Source: an uncultured Acidimicrobiaceae bacterium
Lineage (GTDB): Bacteria > Actinomycetota > Acidimicrobiia > Acidimicrobiales > RAAP-2
Direction of reading: 5' to 3'
NCBI GenBank assembly: GCA_964457065.1
Contig: CAYWDQ010000005.1
Coordinates: 41-64,040, forward strand
DNA: 64,000 bases
In this document: positions 54,454 through 63,566 of the stretch, one piece after another
Position numbering within the stretch: position 1 is the first letter of the stretch
Layout: each line of letters begins with the position of its first letter
Translations under genes and position numbers: made by a program
Notes under the pieces: generated by a model
Database searches by the model: none
Told to the model about the DNA's origin: nothing
The model's input: only the letters and a program-made list of their open reading frames with translations

Positions 54454-55628
54454 GGTCCCCACGATGCTAAGCGGGCCAGCGCGTCGCGCAGCACGCGGTC
54501 GCGCTTGCAGAAGGCCCAGCGCACCAACGTCCGGCCGGCGTCGGCATCGGCGGGGTCGTAGAAGACCGAGCTCGGGATGGCAACGACGCCGCAGCGCTCG
54601 GGCAGGCCCAGGCAGAACTCCCGGGCGCTGCGACCCGGTGCCAGCCCGGCGATGTCGGTGGTGGCGAAATAGGTGGCCGCGGGTCGGTACACCTCGTGGC
54701 CCAGCGCCTCGAGGCCGTCGCAGAGCAGGTCGCGCTTGCCCGCCAGCTCGGTGGCGAGGACGCCCAGCGCGGCGGGCGGGAACCCGAGGCCGTGGGCGAT
54801 GGCGAGCTGGAAGGGGGCCGGGCTCGTGTAGGTCAAGAACTGCTTGGCCGCCCGCACCGCGCTGACCAGCGGCGCGGCGGCGCACACCCACCCCACCTTC
54901 CACCCGGTGAAGGAGAATGTCTTGCCCCCCGAGGAGATGGTCAGCGTGCGGTCGCGCATGCCCGGCAGCGTGGCCAGCGGGACGTGCGTCCCGTCGAAGA
55001 CCAGGTGCTCGTAGACCTCGTCGGTCACCGCCAGGAGGTCGTGGGCGGTGCAGAGCGCGGCGACCTGCCCCAGCTCGTCGCGCGTGAACACCTTGCCGGT
55101 GGGGTTGTGGGGCGAGTTGAGCAACACGAGCTTCACGCGCGGTGCGGCGGCGGCCGCGGCGAGCTCGTCGGGGTCGAAGGACCAGTCCGGGGCGCGGAGG
55201 CGGACCAGCCGGGGCACCGCGCCCGCCATGGACGCGCAGGCGGCGTAGGAGTCGTAGGAGGGCTCGAACATGACGATCTCGTCCCCGGGCTCGCACAGCG
55301 CCAGCAGGGTGGCGGCGATCGCCTCGGTGGCGCCGACGGTCACGAGCACGTCGGTGTCGGGATCGAGCTCGATGCCGTACCAGGCGCGCTGGTGGTCGGC
55401 CACGGCCCGGCGGAGCTCGGGGATCCCCGCGCTCGGGGGGTACTGGTTGCGCCCCTCCCGGATGGCGGCGACCGCGATCTCGCGCAGCTCGTCGGGTCCG
55501 TCGGTGTCGGGGAACCCCTGGCCGAGGTTGACCGAACCGGTGGCGACGGCCAACTCCGACATGGTGGCGAAGATCGTCGTGGTGAACGGCTGGAGGCGGC
55601 GGGCCAGATACGAGTCCCCCGTTGCCAC
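54450..55628 (-). CDS. Class I/II PLP-dependent aminotransferase
   Basis: VNLGQGFPD, NPHNPTG and SSGGKTFSFTGWKVGW (PLP-Lys region). GTG start at 55628. The stop overlaps the phzF-like start (ATGA). Confidence 0.85.
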   Translation of the reverse strand: MATGDSYLARRLQPFTTTIFATMSELAVATGSVNLGQGFPDTDGPDELREIAVAAIREGRNQYPPSAGIPELRRAVADHQRAWYGIELDPDTDVLVTVGATEAIAATLLALCEPGDEIVMFEPSYDSYAACASMAGAVPRLVRLRAPDWSFDPDELAAAAAAPRVKLVLLNSPHNPTGKVFTRDELGQVAALCTAHDLLAVTDEVYEHLVFDGTHVPLATLPGMRDRTLTISSGGKTFSFTGWKVGWVCAAAPLVSAVRAAKQFLTYTSPAPFQLAIAHGLGFPPAALGVLATELAGKRDLLCDGLEALGHEVYRPAATYFATTDIAGLAPGRSAREFCLGLPERCGVVAIPSSVFYDPADADAGRTLVRWAFCKRDRVLRDALARLASWGP

Positions 55629-55679
55629 CGCGACGATCGTACCTGCGGCGACCTGTGGCGCCTATCGTCTGGGCGGACC

Positions 55680-56537
55680 GTGCTCAGCATCGCCAACTAC
55701 AACATGCACTGCGGGATGGACGGGTGGGGCAGGCCCTACGACTACGTCCGCGCCATCACCTCCCTGGACGCCGACGTGATCGTGCTCGAGGAGGCGTGGA
55801 CGACGGAGGGGGACGCCGGCGGTGGCCAGTCCGCGCGGGCGGCCGACGCGCTGGGCTACCAGGTCGTCGCCCACACGCTGGGCAGGGGGCGGCGCATCCG
55901 ACCCCAGCCCGACGCCGCGGCCGACACCTGGCGGGCACGCCCGCTCTGGAGCGACCGCACCAAGGCGCTCTACCTGGACGGCGAGCGTCCGCTGCCCGAG
56001 AGGGTGGGGGCGCTGCCGCGCTTCGTGGAGGCGGAGCCAGGCGCCTTCGGGATCGCCGTCCTGGTGCGTCCGGACCTCCCGGTGGAGTCGACGCGGGTGG
56101 TGCACATGCGCATGCTGCGGGCCGATCGCGTGCGCCGGGCCGCGCTGGTCGTCGACCTCACCGTGGAGGGGAGGCCGATCTCGGTGGTGGGCACCCACAT
56201 GTCACACCTCCTCTTCGGCTCGCACCGCAACTGGGCCGAGCTGCGACGTCAGCTCGAGTCCGAGGCCCGGCCCGACGCGGTGCTGGCCGGGGACATGAAC
56301 GCCTGGGGCCCGCTGGTCCGCGTCTTCATGCCGGGTTGGCGGCCGGCGGTGACCGGCCGCACCTGGCCCAGCTGGCGGCCCCACAGCCAGATCGACCACA
56401 TCCTCGTGCGCGGCGCGCTGCGGCCCGTCTCGGGCGCGGTACTGCCCGACGCCGGGTCGGACCACCGGCCGGTGCGGGCGGAGCTGGAGGTGGGCGACCC
56501 GCCCGACGACCCCGGCGCGGCAACCGGGCGGGGGTGA
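55680..56537 (+). CDS. Endonuclease/exonuclease/phosphatase (EEP) family protein
   Basis: VLSIANYNMHCG, DVIVLEE, GTHMSH, AGDMNA and GSDHRPV. Start set at GTG 55680. Confidence 0.8.
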   Translation: MLSIANYNMHCGMDGWGRPYDYVRAITSLDADVIVLEEAWTTEGDAGGGQSARAADALGYQVVAHTLGRGRRIRPQPDAAADTWRARPLWSDRTKALYLDGERPLPERVGALPRFVEAEPGAFGIAVLVRPDLPVESTRVVHMRMLRADRVRRAALVVDLTVEGRPISVVGTHMSHLLFGSHRNWAELRRQLESEARPDAVLAGDMNAWGPLVRVFMPGWRPAVTGRTWPSWRPHSQIDHILVRGALRPVSGAVLPDAGSDHRPVRAELEVGDPPDDPGAATGRG

Positions 56538-56612
56538 TCGGACGCCGAACGGCCCGGCCGACAACGGCGGCACGCCGATCAACGGCCGGACCGGGCCGCA
56601 GGGAACGGCGGC

Positions 56613-58301
56613 TCAGGCCGGTGGCGGTGGCCCGGCGAGCGCCGTGACCGCCTCGTTCACGCTCGTGTAGAAGTGGTCCTCGCCGATGCGCGCCGCCAGG
56701 CCCGAACGGCGCAAGCTGTCGTGGAGGTGCACTCCGGCCCGCGCGATCCCGAAGGCGATGCCGTCACGCTCGAAGAGGTCGAGCACCTGCCGCATGGCGG
56801 CCGTCCCCGTGAAGTCGATGTCCGACATGCCGATGGTGTCGAGGACGAACACCCGTACCGGTCCGGGGGCGTGCGCCAACGCGTCCGACACCTCGTCGCG
56901 GAAGCGCATGGCATTGGCGTACCAGATCGGAGTGGCGAAGAGCGCGACAAGGATGCCGGGCTCCTGCTCCGCGCTCGGATCGAGCGCCCAGCGCTGCCAG
57001 CTGGTGGTACCGGGCAGGCGCCCCAGCACGTGCAACTGCGGGCGCGAGCTCAGACGGATGCGGTCGAGGATGGCGAGGCCGACGGCGACCGCGATCCCCT
57101 GCTCCACGCCCACGAGCGCGACGGCGAGCAGCGTCACCGCGGCGAGGGCGAACTCGAACACGTTGAAGCGGGCGATGGCGATCAGGTCCCGCAGGCGGAA
57201 CAGCCGCACCGCGACGAAGATGAGGATGGCGGCCAGCGTCGCCAACGGCACGTCCCTGAGCACATTCGCGAAGGGGATGATGATGACGACGACCGCGGCC
57301 GCCCCGAGCGCGCCCGCCTGGGTCCGGCCGCCGGCCGTGGCCACGGCGCCCGTGCGCGGAGGGCTGGCGTCGACCGGGAAGGACCCCACGAGGCCGGCCA
57401 ACACGCTGCCGGCGCCCACCCCGAGGAAGTCCCGCCCCGCGTCGACGTCGTAGCCACCCTGCTCGGCAAAGCCGCGCGTGGTGGCCGCGGTCTGGGTCAC
57501 GACCACCAACGCCACCACGCCGGCGAGCGGCGCCAGGCTCCCCAGGGTCGACCACGACAGGCCGGTCAGCCCGAGATGGGGCACTCCGGTCTTGACCGTC
57601 CCCAGCACGGCGACACCATGGGCCTGGAGGTCGAGAGCGCCGACAAGCGCCGTCGAGCCGACCAGTCCGATCAGCGCGCCCGGGATCCGGCGGTCGACGC
57701 GCGCGCTGACGAACATGATGGCCAGGACGCCGACGCCGAGGGCGAGCGACCATCCGTTCACCTCGTTGAGATGGGTCAGCACGTACCCCACGCGGTGCTG
57801 ATTGGTGCCTCCCGTCGGGGGCAGGCCGAGGAGATCGGGCAGCTGGTGGGCGATGATGATGATGGCCACGCCGGACAGGAAGCCGATGTCGATGGGGGTC
57901 GAGAGGAACTCGGCGATCCACCCGAGGCGCAGGATGCTGACGAGCATCACGATGAGCCCGACCATCACCGCCAGGATCGCCACCAGGTCGATGTAGTGGG
58001 CAGAGCCGGTGAGGGCGAGAGCGGACACCCCGGCTGCGAACAGCGGGGCGATCGTCGAGTCGGCCCCCACGGACATCTGGGGGTTGGAGCCCAGGAGGGC
58101 GAAGAGCACCGTCCCGGCCACGAAGGCGTAGAAGCCGGTGATGGGCGGCATACCGGCCAGCCGGGAGGTCGCCAGCTGCTCGGGCACGGCGATGACGAGG
58201 AGCGTGAGGCCGGCCACCAGGTCCGCCGAGGCCCAGGAACGCTGGTAGCCGTGCAGCGAGATCAGGACCGGTGGTCGTGGCACCGCGACATCATCGCCCA
58301 C
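56613..58301 (-). CDS. SulP-family anion transporter with C-terminal STAS domain
   Basis: DLVAGLTLLVIAVPEQLATSRLAGMPPITGFYA. Multi-TM body. STAS tail: VRVFVLDTIGMSDIDFTGTAAMRQVL. Start GTG 58301 or 58283. Confidence 0.85.
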   Translation of the reverse strand: MGDDVAVPRPPVLISLHGYQRSWASADLVAGLTLLVIAVPEQLATSRLAGMPPITGFYAFVAGTVLFALLGSNPQMSVGADSTIAPLFAAGVSALALTGSAHYIDLVAILAVMVGLIVMLVSILRLGWIAEFLSTPIDIGFLSGVAIIIIAHQLPDLLGLPPTGGTNQHRVGYVLTHLNEVNGWSLALGVGVLAIMFVSARVDRRIPGALIGLVGSTALVGALDLQAHGVAVLGTVKTGVPHLGLTGLSWSTLGSLAPLAGVVALVVVTQTAATTRGFAEQGGYDVDAGRDFLGVGAGSVLAGLVGSFPVDASPPRTGAVATAGGRTQAGALGAAAVVVIIIPFANVLRDVPLATLAAILIFVAVRLFRLRDLIAIARFNVFEFALAAVTLLAVALVGVEQGIAVAVGLAILDRIRLSSRPQLHVLGRLPGTTSWQRWALDPSAEQEPGILVALFATPIWYANAMRFRDEVSDALAHAPGPVRVFVLDTIGMSDIDFTGTAAMRQVLDLFERDGIAFGIARAGVHLHDSLRRSGLAARIGEDHFYTSVNEAVTALAGPPPPA

Positions 58302-58406
58302 CGGCGCGGTTCGCCAGATTGACCCAATTGAATAGTCTCGGGTCGGGAGTCGAGACGCCGTGGCGGCCGGCGTCCCCGTCCCACCCGTTTGAAGGAGGCC
58401 CCAGCG

Positions 58407-59801
58407 ATGAGCGACTACCCCTACGCCGACCGTTTCAGCATCCACCGCACGCTGCCCGAGGAGGGCACGAGCCGAGAGGACGTCCTGGCGGAGCTCCACG
58501 CCATGGCGACCGAGGAGGACTCGTTCTGGGAGACCGGCAAGTGCTCGGGGACCATGTACTGCGGCGACCACGACCACTACCGGTTCATGAACGAGGCCTT
58601 CGGCCTCTTCGCCCACGTCAACGTCCTGCAGCGCGACATGTGCCCCAGCGCCACCAAGTTCGAGGCGGAGATCATCGCCATGACGCTCGGCCTGCATTCC
58701 GGCGACATTGCGGTGGCCGCCGGTGACGACCCGTGCGGGCTGGTGACCACGGGCGGGACGGGCAGTATCCTGCACGCGATCCTGGCCTACCGCGAGCACG
58801 CGGCCTCCGAGCGCGGCGTCACCCGCCCCAACATGATCAAGCCCGAGACGGCCCATCCCGCGTTCGACAAGGCGTGCCATCTCTTCGGCGTGGAACTGCG
58901 GCGGGCGCCGGTCGACCCCACCACCACCCAGGTCGACGTGGACTGGGTGCGCGACCACATCGACGGCCAGACGGTCGCCCTCATCGGTTCTGCGTGCAAC
59001 TACGGCTACGGCACGGTCGACCCCATCGCCGATCTGTCGGACCTCGCGCTCGAGCACGGTGTCGGGCTGCACGTCGATGGCTGCCTCGGCGGCTTCATCC
59101 TCCCCTTCGGCCGGGAGCTGGGCTACGACATCCCGGCCTTCGACTACTCGGTGCCGGGTGTCACCTCCATCTCGGCCGACACCCACAAGTACGGGTATGC
59201 CTTCAAGGGTTCCTCCGTCGTCAGCTTCCGCTCCAGAGCGCTGCGCAACGCGCAGTACTTCTACCTGACCGACTGGAGCGGCGGGAAGTACACCTCGCCC
59301 GGCATGGAGGGCTCGCGCTCGGGCGGCCTCATCGCCGCCACCTGGGCCTCCATGGTGCAGCTCGGCCACGCCGGGTACCTCGGCTACGCACGGCAGATCT
59401 TCGAGACGTCGTTCGCCATGCAGGCGGCGGTCACGTCACACCCAGAGCTGCGCCTCGTCGGGCGCCCCACCTTCCTCTTCTCCTTCACCTCCGACGAGTT
59501 CGACATCTACCACGTGAACGACTTCATGCGGACGAGAGGGTGGCGCTTCAACGGCCAGCAGTACCCCAACGCGCTCCACATGGCGGTGACCAGGCCGCAG
59601 ACCCAGCCCCAGGTGGTGGAAGAGTTCACGACCGACCTCGCGGATGCCGTGGCCTACGCAAAGGCGCACGCCGACGAGGTACCGAAGAGCGGGGCCATCT
59701 ACGGCGGCGTGGCCGGCGGCATGAACGAGGAGGCGGACGAGTTCATCCGCGCCGTCATGGCCGACATGCTCGACGGGCAGTCGTCCATCCCGGCCAAGTG
59801 A
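58407..59801 (+). CDS. Group II PLP-dependent decarboxylase/lyase, sphingosine-1-phosphate-lyase-like
   Basis: GKCSGTMYCGD...FNMLHP-type region (FAHVNVLQRDMCPSATKFE). PLP-Lys motif ISADTHKYGYAFKG. ATG 58407 follows GAAGGAGG. Confidence 0.8.
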   Translation: MSDYPYADRFSIHRTLPEEGTSREDVLAELHAMATEEDSFWETGKCSGTMYCGDHDHYRFMNEAFGLFAHVNVLQRDMCPSATKFEAEIIAMTLGLHSGDIAVAAGDDPCGLVTTGGTGSILHAILAYREHAASERGVTRPNMIKPETAHPAFDKACHLFGVELRRAPVDPTTTQVDVDWVRDHIDGQTVALIGSACNYGYGTVDPIADLSDLALEHGVGLHVDGCLGGFILPFGRELGYDIPAFDYSVPGVTSISADTHKYGYAFKGSSVVSFRSRALRNAQYFYLTDWSGGKYTSPGMEGSRSGGLIAATWASMVQLGHAGYLGYARQIFETSFAMQAAVTSHPELRLVGRPTFLFSFTSDEFDIYHVNDFMRTRGWRFNGQQYPNALHMAVTRPQTQPQVVEEFTTDLADAVAYAKAHADEVPKSGAIYGGVAGGMNEEADEFIRAVMADMLDGQSSIPAK

Positions 59802-60397
59802 CCGACGCCGCCCCACCCACCGAATGGGTCGCCGGCTGCGTGGCGGCACAGGAGGGGTTGGACGCCGCGCTCGTCGGCCTGGACGACGCGGCAGCGCGCC
59901 GGCCGAGCCTGCTGCCCGGCTGGAGCGTGGGGCACGTGCTCACCCACATCGCGCGCAACGCCGACAGCGTCGTCTGGCGGCTCGACGGTGCGGCGCAGGG
60001 TCAACTGCGCGACCAGTACCCCGGTGGCCTGGAGCAGCGGAGGGCGGACATCGAGGCGGGCGCAGGCCGTCCGGCCGCGGACCTCGTGGCCGACGTCCGC
60101 CGGACCTCGGCCGCGGTCGCGGCGGTGATGGCGGAGCTACCCCCCGGGGCGTGGGACGCCCTGTCGCGCACCTCCCGGGGCGTGGTCGAGAGCTCCCGCG
60201 ACGCACTCCTGTCCCGCTGGCGGGAAGTGGTGGTCCACCACGGTGACCTCGGCCTCGCCACGGTGCCCTTCCCGTCCGGGCTCGTCGACGCCTGGCTGCC
60301 ACAGGAGCTGGTGCGGCTGGCGCTGCGGACCGACCCGGCCCGTCTGCTGTCGTGGATCATCGGGCGGGGCGACCCGCCCGTGTTGGCGGCGTGGTAG
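59798..60397 (+). CDS. DinB-fold / mycothiol-dependent maleylpyruvate-isomerase N-terminal-domain family protein
   Basis: GWSVGHVLTHIARNADS...LSRWREVVVHHGDLG. The GTG overlaps the upstream stop (GTGA). Confidence 0.7.
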   Translation: MTDAAPPTEWVAGCVAAQEGLDAALVGLDDAAARRPSLLPGWSVGHVLTHIARNADSVVWRLDGAAQGQLRDQYPGGLEQRRADIEAGAGRPAADLVADVRRTSAAVAAVMAELPPGAWDALSRTSRGVVESSRDALLSRWREVVVHHGDLGLATVPFPSGLVDAWLPQELVRLALRTDPARLLSWIIGRGDPPVLAAW

Positions 60398-60419
60398 CCG
60401 AGCCGGCTGCCCGGAACCG

Positions 60420-61433
60420 CTAGCCCGAGACGAAGGCGTCGCCGGAGCGGTCCACCGCGACGCAGAAGGTGACGGTCGGGCACGAGATGCTCGTGAGGGC
60501 GTGGCCGTCGTCGATGAGGGTGCCGGCGCTCCACGAGGTCCCGTTCCATCCGAAGACCCGCCCGATGGAGTCCACGGCGCGGCAGAACGTCGTCGTCGGG
60601 CACGAGACGGCGGTGAGCCCGGAGGCGTCGGTGCCGGTGACGGGGGGCTCGCTGGCGATCGACGCCGGCGCCGTGAAGCCCAGGCCGTTCCACGTGAGAA
60701 CGCTGCCGCTGCTGTCGACGAGCACGCAGAACGACGTGGTCGCACAGGAGACCGAGTTGAGCTGACCCTGCGCGTCGGCATTGCCGGGCTGGGTCCAGGT
60801 GTGGCCGTTCCACACCGAGGGTCCGCCCTCGGCAGCGACGCAGAAGGCCGGCGACACGCACGAGATCTGGTTGGCGGCCCCCCACGCCCCCACGTTGCCC
60901 GACCAGCCCGAGCCGTCGTAGACGAAGGAGTTGCCCTCACCGTCGATCGTGATGCAGAAGCTGGGTCCCGTGCAGTCGATGGCGGTGATGCCCTGGGCGG
61001 CGGGGATGGTCGCCGGGGGTTCCCACGCCGACCCGTTGAAGAGCGCCACCTGGTTCAGGTTGGGCGCGGCGGCACAGAACGCGGCGCCGGCACACGAGAG
61101 GTACGACAGACCCTGGGGTGAGGGTGCCGGCACGGCGGGCCCCAGGGCGGTGACATTCTCGATGAACAAGCGGTAGGTCTGACCGGTCACCGACCCCGCC
61201 ACACAGAACCCGGGCACGGGGCACGAGACGACCGACAGGTTCGCTCCCGCTGCAATGCGGATCGGCTTGGACCAGCTGCCCGCCGCTGCCGTCGTCGTGG
61301 GCGTCGTCGCGCGCGTGGACGTGGTCGTGGACGCGCTCGAGCCGTCGGGGCTCTTGCTGCAGCCGGCAACGAGCAGGGAGAGCGCGGCGACGGCCAGCGC
61401 CGCCGCCAACGGTCCCGCCCGCCGCCCTCGCAC
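60420..61433 (-). CDS. Lipoprotein with seven tandem Cys-pair repeats (probable beta-propeller)
   Basis: Lipobox LLVAGC and a Thr/Ser linker. Seven units of roughly 36-48 aa follow, with consensus (L/I)-x-(S/A)-(V/I)-S-C-x5-F-C-x-A-V-D-x2-G-x4-(W/F)-N-G-x-x-W. Examples: LTAVSCPTTTFCRAVDSIGRVFGWNGTSW and LNSVSCATTSFCVLVDSSGSVLTWNGLGF. Start set at GTG 61433. Confidence 0.7.
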   Translation of the reverse strand: MRGRRAGPLAAALAVAALSLLVAGCSKSPDGSSASTTTSTRATTPTTTAAAGSWSKPIRIAAGANLSVVSCPVPGFCVAGSVTGQTYRLFIENVTALGPAVPAPSPQGLSYLSCAGAAFCAAAPNLNQVALFNGSAWEPPATIPAAQGITAIDCTGPSFCITIDGEGNSFVYDGSGWSGNVGAWGAANQISCVSPAFCVAAEGGPSVWNGHTWTQPGNADAQGQLNSVSCATTSFCVLVDSSGSVLTWNGLGFTAPASIASEPPVTGTDASGLTAVSCPTTTFCRAVDSIGRVFGWNGTSWSAGTLIDDGHALTSISCPTVTFCVAVDRSGDAFVSG

Positions 61434-61912
61434 TACTTCGTGACCGGAAGCCCGCTCGCCTCGAGGGCCCGGTGACGCGACCACGTGTCGAGGACGATGA
61501 GGGTCTTGGTTCCCGTGACGCGGCCTCGCCGGCGTAGCTGCTCGATCACCTGCCCCAGGCGCTCGACGTCGGGTACCTGGAGCCACACGAGCGCGTCGGG
61601 GTCGCCGGCAGTCGTGAACACGGCCTGTACCTCGGACAGCTGCATCGCCGTCTCCTTGATCTCCTGGAGATCAGCGGTGCCGGCGAAACGCACCTCCGTG
61701 AAGGCCTGGATCGGACGACCCGCCTTGCGGTGGTCGACCACAACCGTGTAGCCGGCGATCACCCCTGTGCGCTCGAGGCGTTCGATGCGCCGCGTCACCG
61801 CGGAGGCCGACAGCGAGACCTGCTCGCCGATGTCGGCCATCGTCCGGCGGGCATTGTGCGACAGCAACTCGATGATGTGGTGATCGATCGGATCTAGCTC
61901 CTCTGTTCCCAT
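61433..61912 (-). CDS. Lrp/AsnC-family transcriptional regulator
   Basis: HTH: IIELLSHNARRTMADIGEQVSLSASAVTRRIERLERTGVI. C-terminal AsnC/RAM domain. Start at ATG 61912. Confidence 0.9.
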   Translation of the reverse strand: MGTEELDPIDHHIIELLSHNARRTMADIGEQVSLSASAVTRRIERLERTGVIAGYTVVVDHRKAGRPIQAFTEVRFAGTADLQEIKETAMQLSEVQAVFTTAGDPDALVWLQVPDVERLGQVIEQLRRRGRVTGTKTLIVLDTWSRHRALEASGLPVTK

Positions 61913-61958
61913 GGGGTATAAGCCTAACGAAGGCGGGTTCAGCTGCACGTTCAGTGCA

Positions 61959-62594
61959 TCAAGACCCCCCGCTCCCCCGCCTCCGTTGCGTCGGAGTTGT
62001 TCCGGTCCCGTGCTCGCGCATCCGACGGTGGACGGACACGGCGTAGGCCCCCGGCGCGGCGAAGGGTCGGCGGTCCCAGGTCGACCATCGGTCTTCGAGT
62101 TCGAGGCCGCAGCCGGCAGCGAGAGCGTCGTGGGTGGCGGGCCCGAATCCTCCCGGGCGGATGGAGTACCCCGTGACGAGCCGTCCACCCGGCACCAGCC
62201 AACGCGCCGCGTTGGCGATCGCCCGGCCCTCGGTGCCGGGAGGGAGGAAGATGAGCACGTTGCCGGCCATGACGACGACTTCGAACCTACGCCCGAGGTC
62301 GAGCTCGGGGTCGGTCAGGTCGCCCTCGACCCACGGCAGGTCGGGCGCCTTCGAGCGGGCCGCGCCGAGCATGACGGGATCGACGTCGATGCCGACGACC
62401 ACGCGGCCGCGCCGGCTGAGCTCGATGGCGACACGGCCGGTGCCACAGCCGGCATCGAGGACCGAGTCCGGGCCGTACGACTCGACCAGCGCCGCCTCAC
62501 CGTGCACGTCCACGCCTGCGGAGGCCAACTCGTCGAAACGGCGGTCGTAGGCGGCGCCCCGCGGGACGTCGCTCTCCTGCCACGGGCGCTGCAC
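61959..62594 (-). CDS. Class I SAM-dependent methyltransferase
   Basis: Motif I VLDAGCGTGRVAIEL and motif II-III VVMAGNVLIFL...LVPGGRLV. Start set at GTG 62594. Confidence 0.8.
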   Translation of the reverse strand: MQRPWQESDVPRGAAYDRRFDELASAGVDVHGEAALVESYGPDSVLDAGCGTGRVAIELSRRGRVVVGIDVDPVMLGAARSKAPDLPWVEGDLTDPELDLGRRFEVVVMAGNVLIFLPPGTEGRAIANAARWLVPGGRLVTGYSIRPGGFGPATHDALAAGCGLELEDRWSTWDRRPFAAPGAYAVSVHRRMREHGTGTTPTQRRRGSGGS

Positions 62595-62728
62595 GCGGGC
62601 TACGGAATGGAGGTCCCCCCCGGCAGCGTCTGGGTGGTGGCCCCGGCCGGGAGGCTGAACAGGCTGGCCCCGAGACCGAGGACGACGGTCATGACCAGGA
62701 CACGCGATCGCATGCCCGAACGGTAGCT

Positions 62729-62751
62729 TGCACCCCCCTACGGGGGGTGCA
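62729..62751. other. Perfect 10-bp G/C-rich hairpin with 3-nt loop (TGCACCCCCC-TAC-GGGGGGTGCA)
   Basis: Read directly. It lies in the divergent intergenic region between the methyltransferase (minus) and the NRDE gene (plus). There is no flanking T/A run, so it is not a canonical intrinsic terminator. Confidence 0.5.
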
Positions 62752-62804
62752 TCATGGCCGGCTGCGGGCGGGGCTGCCCCGGGGCCTCGGTAGGGTGATC
62801 CCTC

Positions 62805-63562
62805 GTGTGCCTTCTCGTCGTCGCGACGCAGCTGGTGACCGATGAGCCGCTGATCGTCGGGGCCAACCGCGACGAGGTACTGGAGAGGCCGGCGACCGCG
62901 ATGACCGTGCTGGACCACGGACCCCCGAGGATCCTCGGCGGTCGCGACGAGCTCTCCGGTGGAACCTGGCTCGCGGTCAACGAGCACGGCGTCTGCGCGG
63001 GGCTCACCAACCAGCCGCTGGGGGACGCCAAGGACCCCTCGAAGAGGTCCCGGGGCGAGCTCCCTCTCGCCCTGGCCCGCCACGAGACGGCCGCGGCAGC
63101 GGTCGACGAGTTGCTGGGGGCGTACCGGCCCGAGGACTACAACGGGTCATGGTTGCTCGTGGGCGATCGCACCTCGCTGTTCTTCGTCGACTTCACGGGG
63201 CGGGCCGACCCCGTCGCCGTCGCGCTCGCGCCGGGAATCCACGTGCTCGAGAACCGGGCGCTCGCGGAACCCTCGCGCAAGGTCGACCTGGTGCGGGAGG
63301 CGCTCGGCGACCCGGCCGACGGCGACGGCGTGGTGGCCGCATTCCGCGGCGTCCTGGTCGACCACAGGCTTCCCGATGGCGACGAGCGTCCCAACGCGGC
63401 GAACTGCGTCCACCTCGACTCGTTCGGGACGCGGTCCTCGTGCATCGTGCGGGTGCCCGCCGGCGCCGGTCCGCCCCGAGTGTGGGTGGCGGACGGCCCA
63501 CCGTGCTGCACACCCTACGAGGAGGCCGGCGCGCTGTGGAGGCGCGACCCTGCCCCGACGGC

Positions 63563-63566
<4 letters not shown>
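62805..63566 (+). CDS. NRDE-family (TANGO2/DUF833-like) protein
   Basis: N-terminal MC (Cys2) and the eponymous VGANRDE motif. Confidence 0.8.

Noticed and set aside
56613-59369. 918-aa minus ORF that would add about 350 aa to the SulP transporter
   Set aside because: The upstream part is antisense to the well-supported PLP-enzyme gene and has no transporter features. The SulP N-terminal motif starts near 58301.
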